64,000 nucleotides of DNA from Camelus dromedarius (GCF_036321535.1 NC_087472.1:97094001-97158000), one strand, 5' to 3'; counted from the stretch's first letter, positions 26,836 to 40,990 are shown. The notes: generated from the sequence alone by a model not told the origin. Numbers and translations are program-made.

Positions 26836-28519
26836 CCGGTGGGAGAACGCGACTAAGGGAGGTATTTCCCTAACGTTCCCATCCCAGATTCCCAGTGCCA
26901 AGCGGCCCTCCACTTCTCAAACTGAACTTGGGAACTTACACATTAGAAACAGGAAGTCGTGGGCCGGGAAATCTCCTTTTTTGGTTCCTCTCCTCCTTTC
27001 CCCCACACCAGACCCTCCATCCTATATTCCCTCAGCAACACCTGCAACTGCTGCGCTGCTCACCCCGGGGGCGCAACCTCTCAGCTCTGCCTGCGCTCCC
27101 TAGGTCCTTCTACCCATCCGTACTCTGGTCCACTTTCTCTGCTCACCCTCCCTATTCCCCACACCGCTCTGTTTCTAAAGGCATCCTCTGGTTCACCAGC
27201 AGCTTCCAGCGACATTGACATACCGCCCCCCTTCCCCGCTCAGAATTCCCATTCCTGGGAGGGACACATTGGGAGAGGCTAGAAATTCCCCTGCAACACT
27301 CCACTTGTGCCCTTCCCCCATCATCTTAATTTCTGCACGAGGAGACGCCGCTGTTCTGCAGCGCTTTGCTGATTCACGATGATCGCGGAGGGAAAAGCCT
27401 CATTGACTCGTGCCCCTGCAAGCGGCAACGCTAGCGCGAGTGGCTGCGAGGGCACACGCTTTGGGAAACCACCCACCACTGCGCAGCCGAGGTGCTAAAT
27501 GGCAGGGTAGATGCCTTGCGTGGCTCTTGGCCGGGGCAGACGCAAAGAAGGAAAGGGCCGGGGGAGGAAGGGGAACGCCGTGGCAGTGGAATTTCTGCGA
27601 GCCCAGTTCTTTGCGACTGAGCCGGAGGCAGCTGGTGGGTGGGCATCTCTCAGGAGGCCCAAAGTCGTCGGCTGCGCGGGGAGCTAACAGAGATGTTTCG
27701 TGTGCCCTGATGCCAGCGCAGCGACAGAAGTAAGCCGACACGTCTGCTTGGGAGCCTTTAACATTTCGGCGAAGCTTTTTTCATTCTGAAGTCTTTGTCC
27801 CTCCAAATGGTTCCCTCCTAACCTTGGTTCGCTATCGTCCCTAGAATTTTCTGCCTTTTGGTGTAAGCCCTCACGCAGGCTGAAGAGCGCGTGTGCCCTA
27901 TCTCAGTGCCTGGGCTGAGTCTTAGAGCGGGGCAAGCCCAGAGTGCTCTACTGGCCAGTGGGAGTGTCGTTCTCCCACAAGGAAAGGGCCTTTCCTTTGA
28001 GACCGAGGCTTTTGCTTCTAGTGCTCCCAAGCCTATCCCTAATTGTCCTCATGCATATTTGGGGGAACTTCCACCCTACCGACTTTAATTCAGAGACTCG
28101 GAATGGCCTGAGAAGGGGTCTCCCTGCCACTTTTTAATGCGGGAAATCCAGTTAGTATTGTCTAAATTGAGTTGGAGTGAAGGAGAGCGAGAGAGCGAGA
28201 GAGGGAGCGAGCGCGCTCTCGCGCGCAGAGGGCGTTGCCTCCTCCTGATTTGATTTTTTCTTCTCTTTTGATTCAGAAGTTCAGGGGAGCATTGACACCA
28301 CCAAAGACTTGGGTTTGCATTTAGGACAGTGACTTTGGGTACAGAGCTTCCATAAATACATTCGTAAATCATTCCTTTTTCTGATTAAAAATTAATTCAT
28401 ATTAATTGTAGAAAATTTAGAAAATAAGAACAAGAAAAAGAAGGAAACAAAAAGACACCTGTGTCCCTGTACTTCCACCACCTTTCAAAGGTAACCTCTG
28501 TTGATCATTTATTGTACAC

Positions 28520-28755
28520 ACAGACAGTATAATTTAGAGGTTAAAACTATTGGTCTATAGCCACTAAGTTGAATCCTTGCTCTACTACTTACTTTGAGTA
28601 ACTTAACCTCTGTATGCCACACTTTTCTCTTCTGGAAAGTGGGAATATTAATTGTACTTACTCCATAGAATTGCTGTGAAGATTAAATAGGTTAGAAGAT
28701 GTAAGGCACTTAAAACATTGCCTGAAATAACAACACCTAGTAAATGATATTTGTT
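28520..28755 (+). mobile_element. MIR SINE
   Basis: ttgaatccttgctctactacttact...aacttaacctctgtatgccac...ctggaaagtgggaatattaattgtacttactccatagaattgctgtgaagattaaatag, the MIR core. Confidence 0.75.
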
Positions 28756-28784
28756 ACAATTCTAGTCTTCTCTGACTGAATTGT

Positions 28785-29402
28785 GTGTGTGAAAACAAAA
28801 GTCAGTCCCTACCATCCGAAGCTGGCCTGGTATAATCAGCTGGGACCTGGCGCTGCTAGGACCTGCCCTGAAACTCACAACTAAGCTTTGGTGTTCTCCC
28901 ATTGAGCAAAAACCATTCCCCAAAACACTAATGGCAGATAAGGTCATTCTGTAACTCTGATGCAGTCGGACAAAACTAGGAGCACCCCATAATCATGTCT
29001 GAACCCAGACAAAACAGGAACCCTGTCCAAACCACAAAATGACCAAACATGTTCCTACCTTGGCTAATATGAGTGAATATTGTGGTGTATTAGAAAACAA
29101 ATCACAACTTTAGCCTTGGTCTAGTCTTCTCTCCCTCTAGATAAAGATTTAGTTAGACACCCAATCATAAAACTATGCCTGTTTCCCAACAGCATTTAAA
29201 CCAGAGCAAGCCCCACCACGTTAAATCTTACTTAAAATTATTAACATGAGCCAAGTCCTGTGATAAGTCCTTCCTAACACCTTTTTGAGACACCCCTCAG
29301 TTGTCTGTGGTGCATGTTCTTCTTGTCTACAATGAAAAATAAACCTAGCTTATTCAATTACTGGCATGTTCCTGGTGGTCTTTAGCAGGAGGGCTTTGGT
29401 AG
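28785..29402 (+). mobile_element. Solo LTR, probably ERVL (MER73/MER54 group)
   Basis: ~620 bp with an LTR-like 3' end: AATAAA followed by cctagcttattcaattactggcatgttcctggtggtctttagcaggagggc. Family name from recall only. Confidence 0.5.
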
Positions 29403-31590
29403 TGCATATACAATGTTGATAAGCTTTCTTTTTCTAAAATTGAGGGGCATAATAAACGTTCTGTTTGGTAACCATTTTCTCCATTAAATAGATTATGAGC
29501 ATTTTCTCATGTCAATTATTATTGCTGTAAAACATTTTAATGGCTGCATAGAATTCCACTATATGGCTTAACCTTAATTTATTTAACTTATCCTATATTG
29601 CTGGACATTTAGGTTTTTAAAATTTTTACTGTTATAAATATGACTGAGATGAACATCCTGTAGATAAATCTCTGACTACATCTCTATTTTCTTAGGGCCA
29701 AATATCCATCACTACATTTTAAGTGGACAGCTCCTAACAGATGCCTTTCTAATTATTGTTAAATTAGAAGGGACAAGGGCATTCCTTCATGGGGATTAAA
29801 TTTCTTGGTCAAATAAATGAAATATTCCCATTTGGGGGGAATTTCTATCATCTGTTACATTTGGAATCAGTCTCTTGGCTCAGTATTACTCAGAGATGCC
29901 GGAGGGATTGATCATGGTGTAGAGGGAGTATGGTCCCAAAAGAAAGCTTATTTGGTTTGAAAAGGTTAGAAACAAGAGTCTTCTGTGGTCTAGCAAGTAC
30001 ATCAAGCATTAACTTTCAATAATCAAACCACCATTTTCTTCCTGAGAAACAAGACATTTTCATGCATATATCTTAACTCTAAACTGTTCTATGTCAACTG
30101 TGAAATCACTGTGCATAGTAGGATCATGCTAGAGGATATTTGGGTGGCTGCAATTTAGGGTGGTACTTAGTATAGTGTGTTTATCATCACTTTATGTTAT
30201 CCTAATCTCAATAACCCTGATATATTTCTAAGTGGTAGGCGCTTATGCCATCCTAAAAAATGCCATCTAGGTAACATTTCTTGGAGAATGGAAACACATG
30301 CAGGGAAGGGAAAACTATAACAAGGATTTTCCTTTCAGAGTGGGGAAGATACCCTGGCAAACTTCAGTGTTTTAAGTGGCGATGCCTCAATGAACTATCT
30401 ACTGGGACTCATCCCTGTTTTGATCAATAAGCTGTTTTATGCAGAGCAACACTGTATTCACAGAAAGTTTACACAAAGGAAGACTTCTGAAGATAGCTTA
30501 AACTTGCAGTTGAAGAGAGAATACATGTGTGGAAAGTCCTAATAGGTTGCTTAAGATAAAGAGGCACATTGCTGTGTGTAGATGATCCCCTTTCAAAAGT
30601 GTGCTAATTGGGTATCTGAACCTTTCAGGATATTATGCCAACTCAGTAGGCTCTCAATATCTTCATTAGTCTTTTAGAAAAATAATCATTCATGACATAA
30701 GGAAAAAAGTCATGCGAAATCATTTTCCTGAATAATCATAAGACTTAGGGTTAAGAAAGGGATATTTCATGCATCGATTCAGGGAGAAACATTTTGGAAC
30801 ATGCTGTCTGGGTGTCTGGTTTCACCACGTCACCAGTTGGTTGAGGTGGCCAGGTCCAAATGTTTGCTTTGCTTTTTTTCTCCTAAAAAGCAGAAAACAT
30901 GGCTTTACCTTCTTTCCATCTTTCAAAATCCTTCCATCCTTCAAGGCTCTCTTAAAATCCTAGCTCACATATCTAATAAGCTTTCTGACTTCCAAACCAA
31001 CATTGATTAATTTAACTTGATTGAGCAAGTTTATTTGAATTATTTCAGTGAGCAAGTTTCTACTGTAGTCAACAACTAGGGAAAACTGAGTGAGGAATTC
31101 CCTACTCTGAAGAAATTTTTAGTCTAATGGAGTTGACTAAATATACTGAGTATTAAAGTATGAACCAGAGTAAGGGAAACATTCAGAGGAGAGGTTACAA
31201 TGATGTAGGGGTGCAAAAAAGGCATAGATGATATTTGGTTGGTCTCTCGTCTTTGAATACCTTTAGCCTAGGGTTAGCATCTTGCTGTTTTGAGTTCCTT
31301 TGTTATCTAATGTTATAGATATCTACATGTTGATGATATGTAAATATGATATATCAGTTTTTGATAGACTTTTGATCACTGGACTGGGTTGTTAGAAGTC
31401 CCCATCTCTCTTCCCTAGGGATGGTCCTAAAGTTTTGAGCTTAGTCAAAGAAGATGATCGCTTCCTAATTCTGAGAATTTCTGAGGAATGCCACTTTCTC
31501 AAGCTAAGTGCAACTCAGGTTTTTCATTAAGTTAAGCTAGCTTTCCTTCCACAGTATCTAAATAAGGAGAATTTAGGCACTTTACTCACT

Positions 31591-31611
31591 TTCAGCACCA
31601 GGGACAGATCC
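31591..31611 (+). promoter_or_regulatory. Candidate RE1/NRSE (REST binding site)
   Basis: TTCAGCACCAGGGACAGATCC vs canonical TTCAGCACCACGGACAGCGCC: 18/21, both half-sites intact with the canonical 2-nt spacer. Confidence 0.7.
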
Positions 31612-33799
31612 ATTTAAACCTAGCTACTCCTCCTCCTTCCAGTCCCCATCACTTCTAAATTGATTATAGGAAATTTTTAGAGCTAAAAACTAATACAGTC
31701 AGGGAGTTGATCTTTTTTTTTTCTAAGCTAGGCCAGTTAAAATGGAAATAAATTTAAACTGGTGGACCACTAAATCCAATATGGTTATATTTAAAATTGT
31801 GCCCAGTAATTTTATGCCTTTGTAACGTGTTTGTATTGGGGGAGGGGATTTAAAGGAAAACGTTAGAGCTCATTCTACAATATAATCTCTTGAATTTTAA
31901 AAGTGATTGTGCTGAAAACTCACACAAATGATAGAAAATGGGGGAAAAGAACATTTTAATGTGTTTTATGTGCTAAGTTTAGCCCTAGGCATTTTCACGT
32001 ATCTTAGCCTATGTAATTTGCAAAATCACTCTGTGGGCTATAAGTATTGTCAAACCCATTTTAAAGAGAGGAGATTGAAGATTAAGGAGATTAACTGTCT
32101 TGTGCACGGTTACACTGTAATGGAAGTATAAATAGAATCCAGTTCTATCTGATATCAAAATCCATGTTTTTCTGTTCAGTCATTCTTTTAAGCAAAAAAT
32201 TACTTGATTCCTTTTCTAAAATGCCTTGACTAGATATCAAAAAATGTCAAAAGCATCTTAATCAGATAACATAATATGCCATGAATATTATAAACAATTT
32301 AGTGCTATTTCCATATTTGCTATTCATTTAATAGTGTTGTAAAGTGGCAATATCATGATGTATCCATTAATCAGTTTTTTAGTGTTTGGATTCATTTCTG
32401 ATGTTGGTGTTCCTTAGAGGAGTTCTGTGGCCCAACAAAAATATTGTTATGGAACCCAAAGTGTTTGCTGATCTAATCCAACCCACTCTTTTTGCAGATG
32501 GCAAAACTTCTGCAGTCCTTGTCTGGATTCTACCAAGAAAAATCCCTCAAAATGTTAAAATGGAAAACTGTCAAGTGGTTCTAAAATACATAGCAGAAAA
32601 AGCAACCAAATAGACTCTGACCTTATGCCTGTTGAAATTCTTCCATTTTTTAGTGGTTAGCCAGTAGTCATTATACTGCAAAGGGAAAGATTCTTTAATT
32701 CTCTTCCTTTACTTTACTGTGTAAAATGAACAGATACCATTATAATAAGTAGATCCGTTGTCTTATGTATGAACATAGGGGGCATAAGAAAGCAGAGGGT
32801 TTCCTGATACAACTCTTAGCTTCAGGGCAGTCTTTCTTTGATGTTTATATATTTAATCCCTTTAAAAATTGTACTCCAGAGCATAACCTAAGAACAAAGC
32901 ACTTCATCCCTTGTGTTATTAGAACTGTGTACTTCTTGCTTTGACTTTAAAAAATGACAGAGCTACAAGGCATTCTGTTCCCCATGGTTGATCACTTCCT
33001 TCTAGTGAGTGGCGTTATGTTGGTGAATTAATTAATAGTAAAATCTGAATACATATTCACAAATATTAGAATTGTAGAAAAGTTACATCAAGAGGGAGCT
33101 CCTGGGAGAAGCTAAGTGAGAGAAGAAAAAAAAATCAAAGATTCCTTTTTCAGACAAAGCACAAGACTTGGCATTTCTAGGGCTGCTTTGCTTCCACCTT
33201 CAGGCATCTTCTGAATATTGTAAAAGGGATTATTCTAGATGTGGAAAAGTCTGTTCTACTGTGAGTTGAAAGGTTTAGCCTCAGGTGAATGCCATTACCT
33301 CCTGTGGTCCACCAAGCAGCAGAAACTAAAGTAGTTTGGCTAGCTATCAGCGCATATGGTCCTCCATCTAGCTCTGTCTCATCATTATACTTCAGACTGC
33401 TATTAATAAAAATCAGAATAATAAGGATGATGATGATGTCTCCCAGGTAAGGAGATTTTCGGGTGTAAAATATAGTAATGAATGTAAAGTGCTTCCAAAC
33501 AACCATACCTATTATTGGGCTTGATAAGTCCAAGGCACCTTGCACATGCTAAACGTGGAGCATGAAGATGTGTAAAGACCTTACTTTTGAGGTGTCCAAA
33601 TGTAGCGGACTGAGGCCAACAAGTGAAACAACGAAATCGTGTGGCATGGCAAGGACATTGGTGCTGTGGGACCAGTGAGAAGGTTCCCCTAACCTGGACT
33701 GAGGAGCAAAGGTAGGGTTTGGAAAAGCTATGAGGAGCATGTATAGAGGTACTGTCTGGCGCTCCATCCTTACCCTCTTGGCCCACTCTAGCAGTTCAC

Positions 33800-34205
33800 T
33801 CTAGGTAGTTCCTATATATGCTTATGGCTTCCTGCCCCCCCCCCCCCGAGATATTCTCTGTCCATGGGGGATAGGCTGGAAGTGCCAGAGAGCTAACACC
33901 TCCAGGAGTGACCCTCAATTAATGAGGGACAGGAAGAATAAATGCCCAAATTTCTTTGCCTCTCTGTAGGACAACTCAGAGAGGTGTTTCACACAGGCTT
34001 AGACATTAAAGACTTACAGCAGAGTTGACCCCCCAGTTGCCCACAGTAGTTACCCACTCTTGAGCACACCCTTTATTGGCTTTTCTCTCTTCTCTATATC
34101 CCTTCTCCACTTCCTCACTCTGCTTTCTGGAAATCCCTCCCAAATAAACCACTGGCACCCACATTTTGTTTCAGGATTTGTCTTTGGGGGAATCCAACCG
34201 AAAAG
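33800..34205 (+). mobile_element. ERVL solo LTR (LTR16-like)
   Basis: gagctaacacctccaggagtgaccctcaattaatgagggacagga...cctcccaaataaaccactggcaccc...tttgggggaatccaacc, similar to 1640-2100. Confidence 0.7.
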
Positions 34206-34329
34206 GAGATGACATCCAAATGGAGTCTCAAAGGTTAGCAGTTAGTCAAGCCTAGTGAGTTTAATGGTATATAAATTATACCTCAGTAAATGTGTTTGAA
34301 AAAAAAAAAAAGGATTGGCCAACCCGCCA

Positions 34330-34815
34330 CGGAAGGAAAAGACTATTCCAGGCAGAGGGAATAATGTTTGAAATTATAAGGATAGCCATAGAGAGCTTAG
34401 CTTGTTTTGGGAACTACAAATACTTCAAGATGGATAGACAGTAGTTTGAAAAAGTAGACAGGAGCTGGGTTAAAAAGAAACTTATAAGCCCAGATGAAGA
34501 GCTGGGTGTTTATTCTGAAGGTGGGAGGGAGCTATTTCTGGGCTTTAAATGGGGGAGTTTATGGTCAGGTTTATATTTTATAAAGTTACTCTGGTGACCA
34601 TGTAGAAGATGAACAAAGAGAGGGCAAGACTAGAGAGAAAGAGAGTAGTTAGGAGGTCATGATAATAACGAGGACATGAAGAGTTTAGGGCCTGAAGCAA
34701 GGCAGAGGCTAGTGGGATGGAGAGAAAGGGAAGGATTGCTAAGTTTTTAGGGAGATACAATCGACAGGACTGAGATGATTGCAGAATGCAGCTAAGATAC
34801 TGCATCATGGTTTCT
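34330..34815. mobile_element. L2 LINE remnant
   Basis: attccaggcagagggaataatg...atggtcaggtttatattttataaagttactctggtgacc...gttaggaggtcatgataata. Confidence 0.6.
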
Positions 34816-35589
34816 GCAGACACAGTTCCAATCCAAAGAGTTACGCTAAACCATATCCAACCTTAGAGATATTAGTTTATTTTTACCAAATTCTATTTGA
34901 AAACAGAGCTTCTTGTCAGGATGAGGAAGAAGGAAAGATGGATTGTGTTAAGCTCTAAGCTACAACAAATGGGGGTTGAATGTGATGGTTTGAACATGAG
35001 AGCTGGACAGGAGAGGTCAGTAGCCTGGGGGAGTCCACAAGGTGGAGGCTAAAATCCATTACGTCAAATCCATAATATGGTGATTCATGTGGATTAATAA
35101 ATGTCCTTGCTCCCAAGGGAATTGAGTTATATCTTAAGGTCAGTTGCTTAAATGAGATGACTTTATTTGAGGAAGAAGGAAAAGGAGATAAATGAGGAGG
35201 TGGCAGGGGTGAGGCAGAGGGAGGAAAATGAAATGTATGGCTTCATGGGTGAGATTTCCCAGAAACCTTCCTCTTTGGTTCATCTCAAGTCTCTTCATGT
35301 TTATAATGCTTGGGGATTTCCCCTCTGATGACCCCCTAGAACCCATCCCTGAAGGTGATCCAAGACTGTACCCTCTATACATAGGGCCCCCATTCCTTGG
35401 TGGCAGCTTATACTTTTGTTAGGACACACACACACACACAAGCCACATGTGGCTGCTTTAATTTACACAATTAGTAATCACATTGAAGAAAATAGACACT
35501 GACATTTTATAGTATGACACTCATTCTTTTACTGACACCTTATGGGGGCGCTGTAAACATTAGACCATTTTAATGAAATATTTTTAGTC

Positions 35590-35780
35590 CTATTATGAAT
35601 TGTGCTGCTATTAACATTTGCATACAAGTTTTTGTATGGATATATGTTTTCATTTCTCTTGGTTATTTGCCTAGCAGTAGAATGGCTAGGTCATACCGTA
35701 ACTCTGTGCTTAACATTTTGAGGAACTACTGAACTGTTTTCCAAAGGGCTTGAACCCCTTTACATTCGCACCAGCAATGG
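35590..35780 (-). mobile_element. L1M ORF2 3' fragment
   Basis: tattatgaattgtgctgctattaacatttgcatacaagtttttgtatggatatatgttttcatttctcttgg...ttacattcgcaccagcaatg. Confidence 0.8.
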
Positions 35781-37346
35781 TTTTTGTTTGTTTGCTTCTT
35801 TGTTTTAATCATTATTTATGCTAATTTTTTCTCTACATATTATTAGATGTTAGTTTCACAAAACCTTTGCAACCTCTTTCTGGATTTATCTATTTTTAAA
35901 ACTCCCCCTTTTGGTGAAAGACTTTTTTTAATGCATCTCAAAATGTTACTTGAAAATCCCCATAATATCCTAATAAAAATTCAGATAATGAGATTGTCTA
36001 GAAAATATACTAGACCTGACTAGCATATTACTTAGATACATGTGGGAAGCTCACTGCTTGGGGATTTTGAATTTCAGATTGTGATGTCCACATCTTACAA
36101 TGGATGTCCAACCTTCCACAGAATCGAGAGGATTCTTTTAAGCAATGGAACAGCAAAGATGGCATATGGAGACCACTATGAGGCTCTCTCATTTTGCACT
36201 CAGAAGGGGAAAGAGAGGAGGGGGAGGCCAAAAGGAGGTAAAAGACTCAGAGAGAGTTGCGGGAAATCCACGGAGACATAATATGCTAACTACTGTTTAT
36301 AGCTCTGGGAATAGCCAGAGGGGTAGTGCCTGAGGTAGAATAGTGCGTCTGATTTGGACCCACTTGGAAGCTTGTCAAATTCACTTCTTTCTCCTTTCTC
36401 CAATTCAGACTACTCTCCCCAAGTTACTCCTTCAGTTCCACCTGACATTTATCCATCCAGTCCCCATCACTCTGGCCAGTGAGTGGTGAGGAAAATGAAG
36501 GAATGAGAAAAAGAGAACAATAAGAACATATATGTTCACAATCCTTCCCCCACTTCTGCATCTCCCTATCTGATATCAGTCCAGTAAGCATTCTGTTTAA
36601 TTTGCCTCACCTGCAGCGATAACACTGGTCTCCATAGAGAAGTAGTATCACCTAAGCCATGGTAATGAACTCCCCTACAGAACAATAAAGGTGAAATAAG
36701 GTGGTGACAAAATCCCACAGGAAGGACTAGTAACTAATGTTATTAAGTGATACTTTCTTAGTGAAAATTCCCTCCACTGTAATATTTCATTATTAATAGT
36801 CCTTGGGAGTTTAAAGACAAGAAATACCTTTTAATTTCTCTGGCTTGGTCTCCTGGTACTCATAAAGGAATCTGAGCTATGCTTTATGATGCCAAAAACC
36901 ACCAGTCAATCCAGTCAATATGATAATACAACAACAACCAACCACATTATTTGGCGTTATATAGACAAAGCAGCTAATTGTTTGACTGAAGTATTCACAT
37001 GCAGATCAGTTATTTTGACATCATATGGGCACAAGTGAAGTCAATATTTAAATAGTAATTTAAAAATCATTAATTGGAACCATATTTGTTGATTATCTCA
37101 TATATACAGGAATTTTTCTCATTTAACAGATGGCTTTGCATCAATCCCATCTTTGAAATTAGTAAACACAGATTTTTCTAACTGTGGAAAGGAAGTAAAT
37201 ACATAAGAAGGGGCCAGAGGCAGAAGGCAACTTAAAGATAACTCCGCAAACTGTGGCAGTGGTAATTCTTTAGTGGTAGTAAGATAATCTGTGGAAGAGA
37301 TGGCACTTGGGAATTTAAACATTGGAGGCTGCAATTATTAATCTGA

Positions 37347-37782
37347 TGTGTTAGATTCCTGGGGCTGCCATAACAAAATAGCTCAAACTGGGTGGCTTAC
37401 ACGACAAAAATGTATTGTCTCACAGTTCTGGAGGCTGGAAGTCTGAGGTCAAGGTGTTGGGGGTGTTGGTTTCTTCTGAGAACTGTGAGGGAGAATCTGT
37501 TCCAGGCTCCTTTCCTACCTTCTGGTGGTTTGCTGGCAACCTTTGGCATTCCTTAGTGTAGTCTTATCATGTTCACATGGTGTTTTCCCTGCGAGTGTGT
37601 CTCCAAATTTCTCCTGTTTATAAGGACATCAGTTATATTGAATTAGCGGCCCATTCTACTGTGTATAAACTTACCTTAACTAATTACATCTGCCATGACC
37701 CTAGTTCCCACTAAGATCCTGAGGGTTAGGACTTTAATATATGAATTAGTGAGCTTGTTGGGGTGCAATTCAGCCTGTTACA
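37347..37782 (-). mobile_element. MaLR solo LTR (MLT1C-like)
   Basis: TG...CA termini; ggggctgccataacaaaata...tctcacagttctggaggctggaagtctgaggtcaaggtgttgg; 5-bp TSD TCTGA/TCTGG. Confidence 0.88.
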
Positions 37783-39407
37783 TCTGGTATAGATTACTGT
37801 TCTGGTATAGAGATTAATACCGTCTAATAGAGGCCCAGAAGTCTCTGTGAGCTCTGGCAAGAGTCATCTTTGACTGGATGTTGTGGGGTGAAGATAAGGG
37901 CAAAGTAGAAATCTACTGTCAACTAGACACTGGCAATATAAAATACTATTTTTTCACTTAATGCCCTTTTGATGCCTTCTTCCCACATTTGAGAGCACTG
38001 GGACTAAAAGTTGCTTTAAGATTTGGAGTCCAAGAGAAGCTTGAGCTTTGGTGAATCACCCACATTTTTTGAGGATGCTTTAGGTCTCCCCTTGGCTTGA
38101 AGATTACAGTGCAAGAAAATTCCTACTTGTGTATTTTCCAGTCCAGTTTGAAGTTTGTTGTCAGAAGACTCATGGGTGTTTTCTTTCTTTCTTTTTTTTT
38201 TTTTTTCACTTTTTATAAAATTACTATCTCCCACAAGAGGTATTCTCCCCAAGAATTTTCATATTTTTTATCTAACAGGTGTGCTTTCAGAGTCTTCCCT
38301 TCTACTTTATTTGAAAACATATGCCTTAGTTGCCCCATTTACCTATCAGCATCCCCTTCCTCAGGCAACACCTTGGCCATCTCTACCCCATCGTCACCCT
38401 TGTGTGGCTTTCTAGTTGAATTTGGGAGACTCTCGGCTATTTACCACCTGGAAGAAAGGGGATTGAGGTCATCCTTTTAAATATCTTAAACCCCTAGGTT
38501 TGAACCATCATGTCTCAATGGTCAGCCCTTGATGTGAGTGATGGATTGTGCTTGCAATGCTATCTCTTTCCTGAGACTATCACTAGCAGTGCCTTGGTAG
38601 ACTTTCTCTGAGTCATGTCACAGAGTATTTGTATCAGTGTTAAACTGGCCTTAGAAGGAACCTTGCTCTTGCCTGTGATAAACCCTCATCTTTTGAGAAC
38701 TTCAGAAGTGGCTCCTTTTAATTGTTGGTGATTTTTGTTGCAAAGCTTTTAGTAAGATAATAATAGAGGCTACGAATGCATGATAGAGGAGCAATTGGAG
38801 GGCTGAGTCAAACCACCATGCAATTTGGTGGGGAAAAAAATTGTCAGGCGAAGTTTTCATTCGGCACCTCTTGGCTAAATGTTGTTTATACTTGTATATA
38901 CATATTTCATGATTACGTGTTTATATATGTGCATATGCAAACAAAGTCATGTTTCTTAGTTGTCAAGTAGAAGTTATTGAAGTAAAACATAATTGTCTCT
39001 CTATACAAATCAATGACTAATTATCTATTATAAGCCCACTATGTGTATCACTGGGGGGATGAAAGGAGGTAAAAATCCAGATTCCTGTTCTCAAAGAGCT
39101 TTATATCTTGGTGGGGAGATGAGATTCTTCATTCATTCAACATAAATTTAATAAGCACCTAATATATACTCTGTCCAATTTGAGAACAGATATCTGTTGT
39201 AAGATATCATCTCTATCTAAAGAAGGTCATACTTTACTGGAAGATGTAGGCGAAGTGACAGAAGGTGACAAAGGAGGAACACATAGGGCATTGCAAGAGT
39301 TTGTATGAGAGGGTTGGGGAGGCTTGCTGGATGTGGAAGATAACTAAGACTAATGCATAACAGCATCATAAGTGTTCGGCCCTAAATGAGTGGTGCAAGT
39401 GTATCTG

Positions 39408-39742
39408 ATATGGATGGACTTGGAGGCCATTATGCTTAGTGAGAGGAGTCAGACAGAGAAAGACAAATATTGTATGATATCAGTTATCTATGGAATCTAA
39501 AAAATATATAACAACTAGTAAATAGAACAAAAAAGAAGCAGATTCACAGATACAGAGAACAAACTAGTGGTTACCAGTGGGGAGGGAGGCAGGGGGAGCA
39601 AAATACGGGTGGGGAATGGGGAGCTACCAACTATTGGGTGTAAGATAAGGATGTATTGTACAACACAAGAAATATAGCCAATATTTAGTAACAGCTATAA
39701 ATGGAAGGTAACCTTTAAACATTGTATAAAAATTTAAAAAAT
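39408..39742 (+). mobile_element. 5'-truncated L1 3' end (artiodactyl type)
   Basis: atggatggacttggaggccattatgcttagtgag...agtcagacagagaaagacaaatattgtatgatatca (ORF2 C-terminus WMDLE...K.KY.MIS), followed by the 3'UTR and an A-rich tail. Confidence 0.88.
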
Positions 39743-40564
39743 TTTAACAATTGGACAAATGAGCAAGGTCGTATGCATAAGAAGTTCATTGTAGTATAAT
39801 TTATATTAATAAAAATGTCTATTAATCTAAGTAAGTTAAAGCACATTTATATGTTGGAGTACTATGCACCTCTTAAAAACAGTGACTTTCATCTATTTTA
39901 TTCCCATGGAACAATATCCAAAATATATGTAGAAAAAACTCAGATAGCTAAATAATTTGTAAGACTTTTGTAAAAAAAAAAAAGAAAAGAAAAAAGACTA
40001 AAGTCATAAATATTACAAGATAACTGGTGGTTAGTTTTTTCCGGTGGTGAGTTTTGCAATGATTTTTTACTTTTTTCTTACTCACTTTCTGCATTGTCTA
40101 GTTTTTCTACACTGATAGTTTGTTACTTTGAAAATAAAAATGTCTATTGCCATTCTGAAACATAAAAAAATTAAGATGGGAGGTCACTTCATGCTGGGGT
40201 GATGAGGGAGGACTTCATGAAGGAGTGTGATTTGTGTGAAAGTTGATGTCAAAAAGTACACGTGCCTGGCCCCTCTGCTACTGTGCATCGTGGAAACTCT
40301 TAGTAGAGAGTTGAGTGAGGAGACAAGCCCAGGATCTGGTATAGGTTGGAGCTGGATGTAATTAACCAAGAGAGAAGGATTTGACATTGAATCTGAACCC
40401 AGCTAGTAGTGCTATTCAAGGGTAGTCACCTGTGGCATCAGCATTTGGATAGGCTGAGTGGTTGCTAGTGGGGAGTGGGCCTCATAGCAGATGGATTTGG
40501 GAATGGAATAGGGTGATTATTTTGAGTTGATGGATAGATATTGGAAGGAGGAGGCTATTCTGGT

Positions 40565-40990
40565 GTATGAGTTAGGAATGATTTTGTCTGCAAGTTACAA
40601 AACCCAGCTAAGAGTGGCTTTAACCAAAAAAGGACTGATTTTTCCTGCATAATTCAAAATCTGGAGGTATCCATTGGGCATTGATTCAGTGGCTCAAGAA
40701 CATCAGAGATGGCATCTCTGCCCTTCTGGTCTTGCCTTCATGTTTGTTGCCTTATGGTTGAAATATGACTATTACAATTCTAAATATCAGATATGCATTT
40801 CAGGCAGGAAAAGGGGGCGAAGTTACGTCTGTTCCTTTAATAAGGAAAGTAGTATTTTCTCAGAAGCACCGCAGCAGATTTCCTGTTGTGTCTGAATGGC
40901 CAGACCTGTAGCACATGGTCACTCCTACAAGCAAGAGAGAAAGAGATTAGGGTTTTCAGTCTGTCAGAAAAAGGGAGAGGGGATTGGAAA
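40565..40990 (-). mobile_element. Old MaLR LTR (MLT1J/K-like)
   Basis: tgtatgagttaggaatgattttgtctgcaagttacaaaacccagctaagagtggctttaacc...catggtcactcctacaagcaagaga. Confidence 0.55.

Noticed and set aside
27467..27475. AACCACCCA, near-match to the GLI site GACCACCCA (tempting for a Patched-family gene)
   Set aside because: A single 8/9 match is expected by chance in a window this size.
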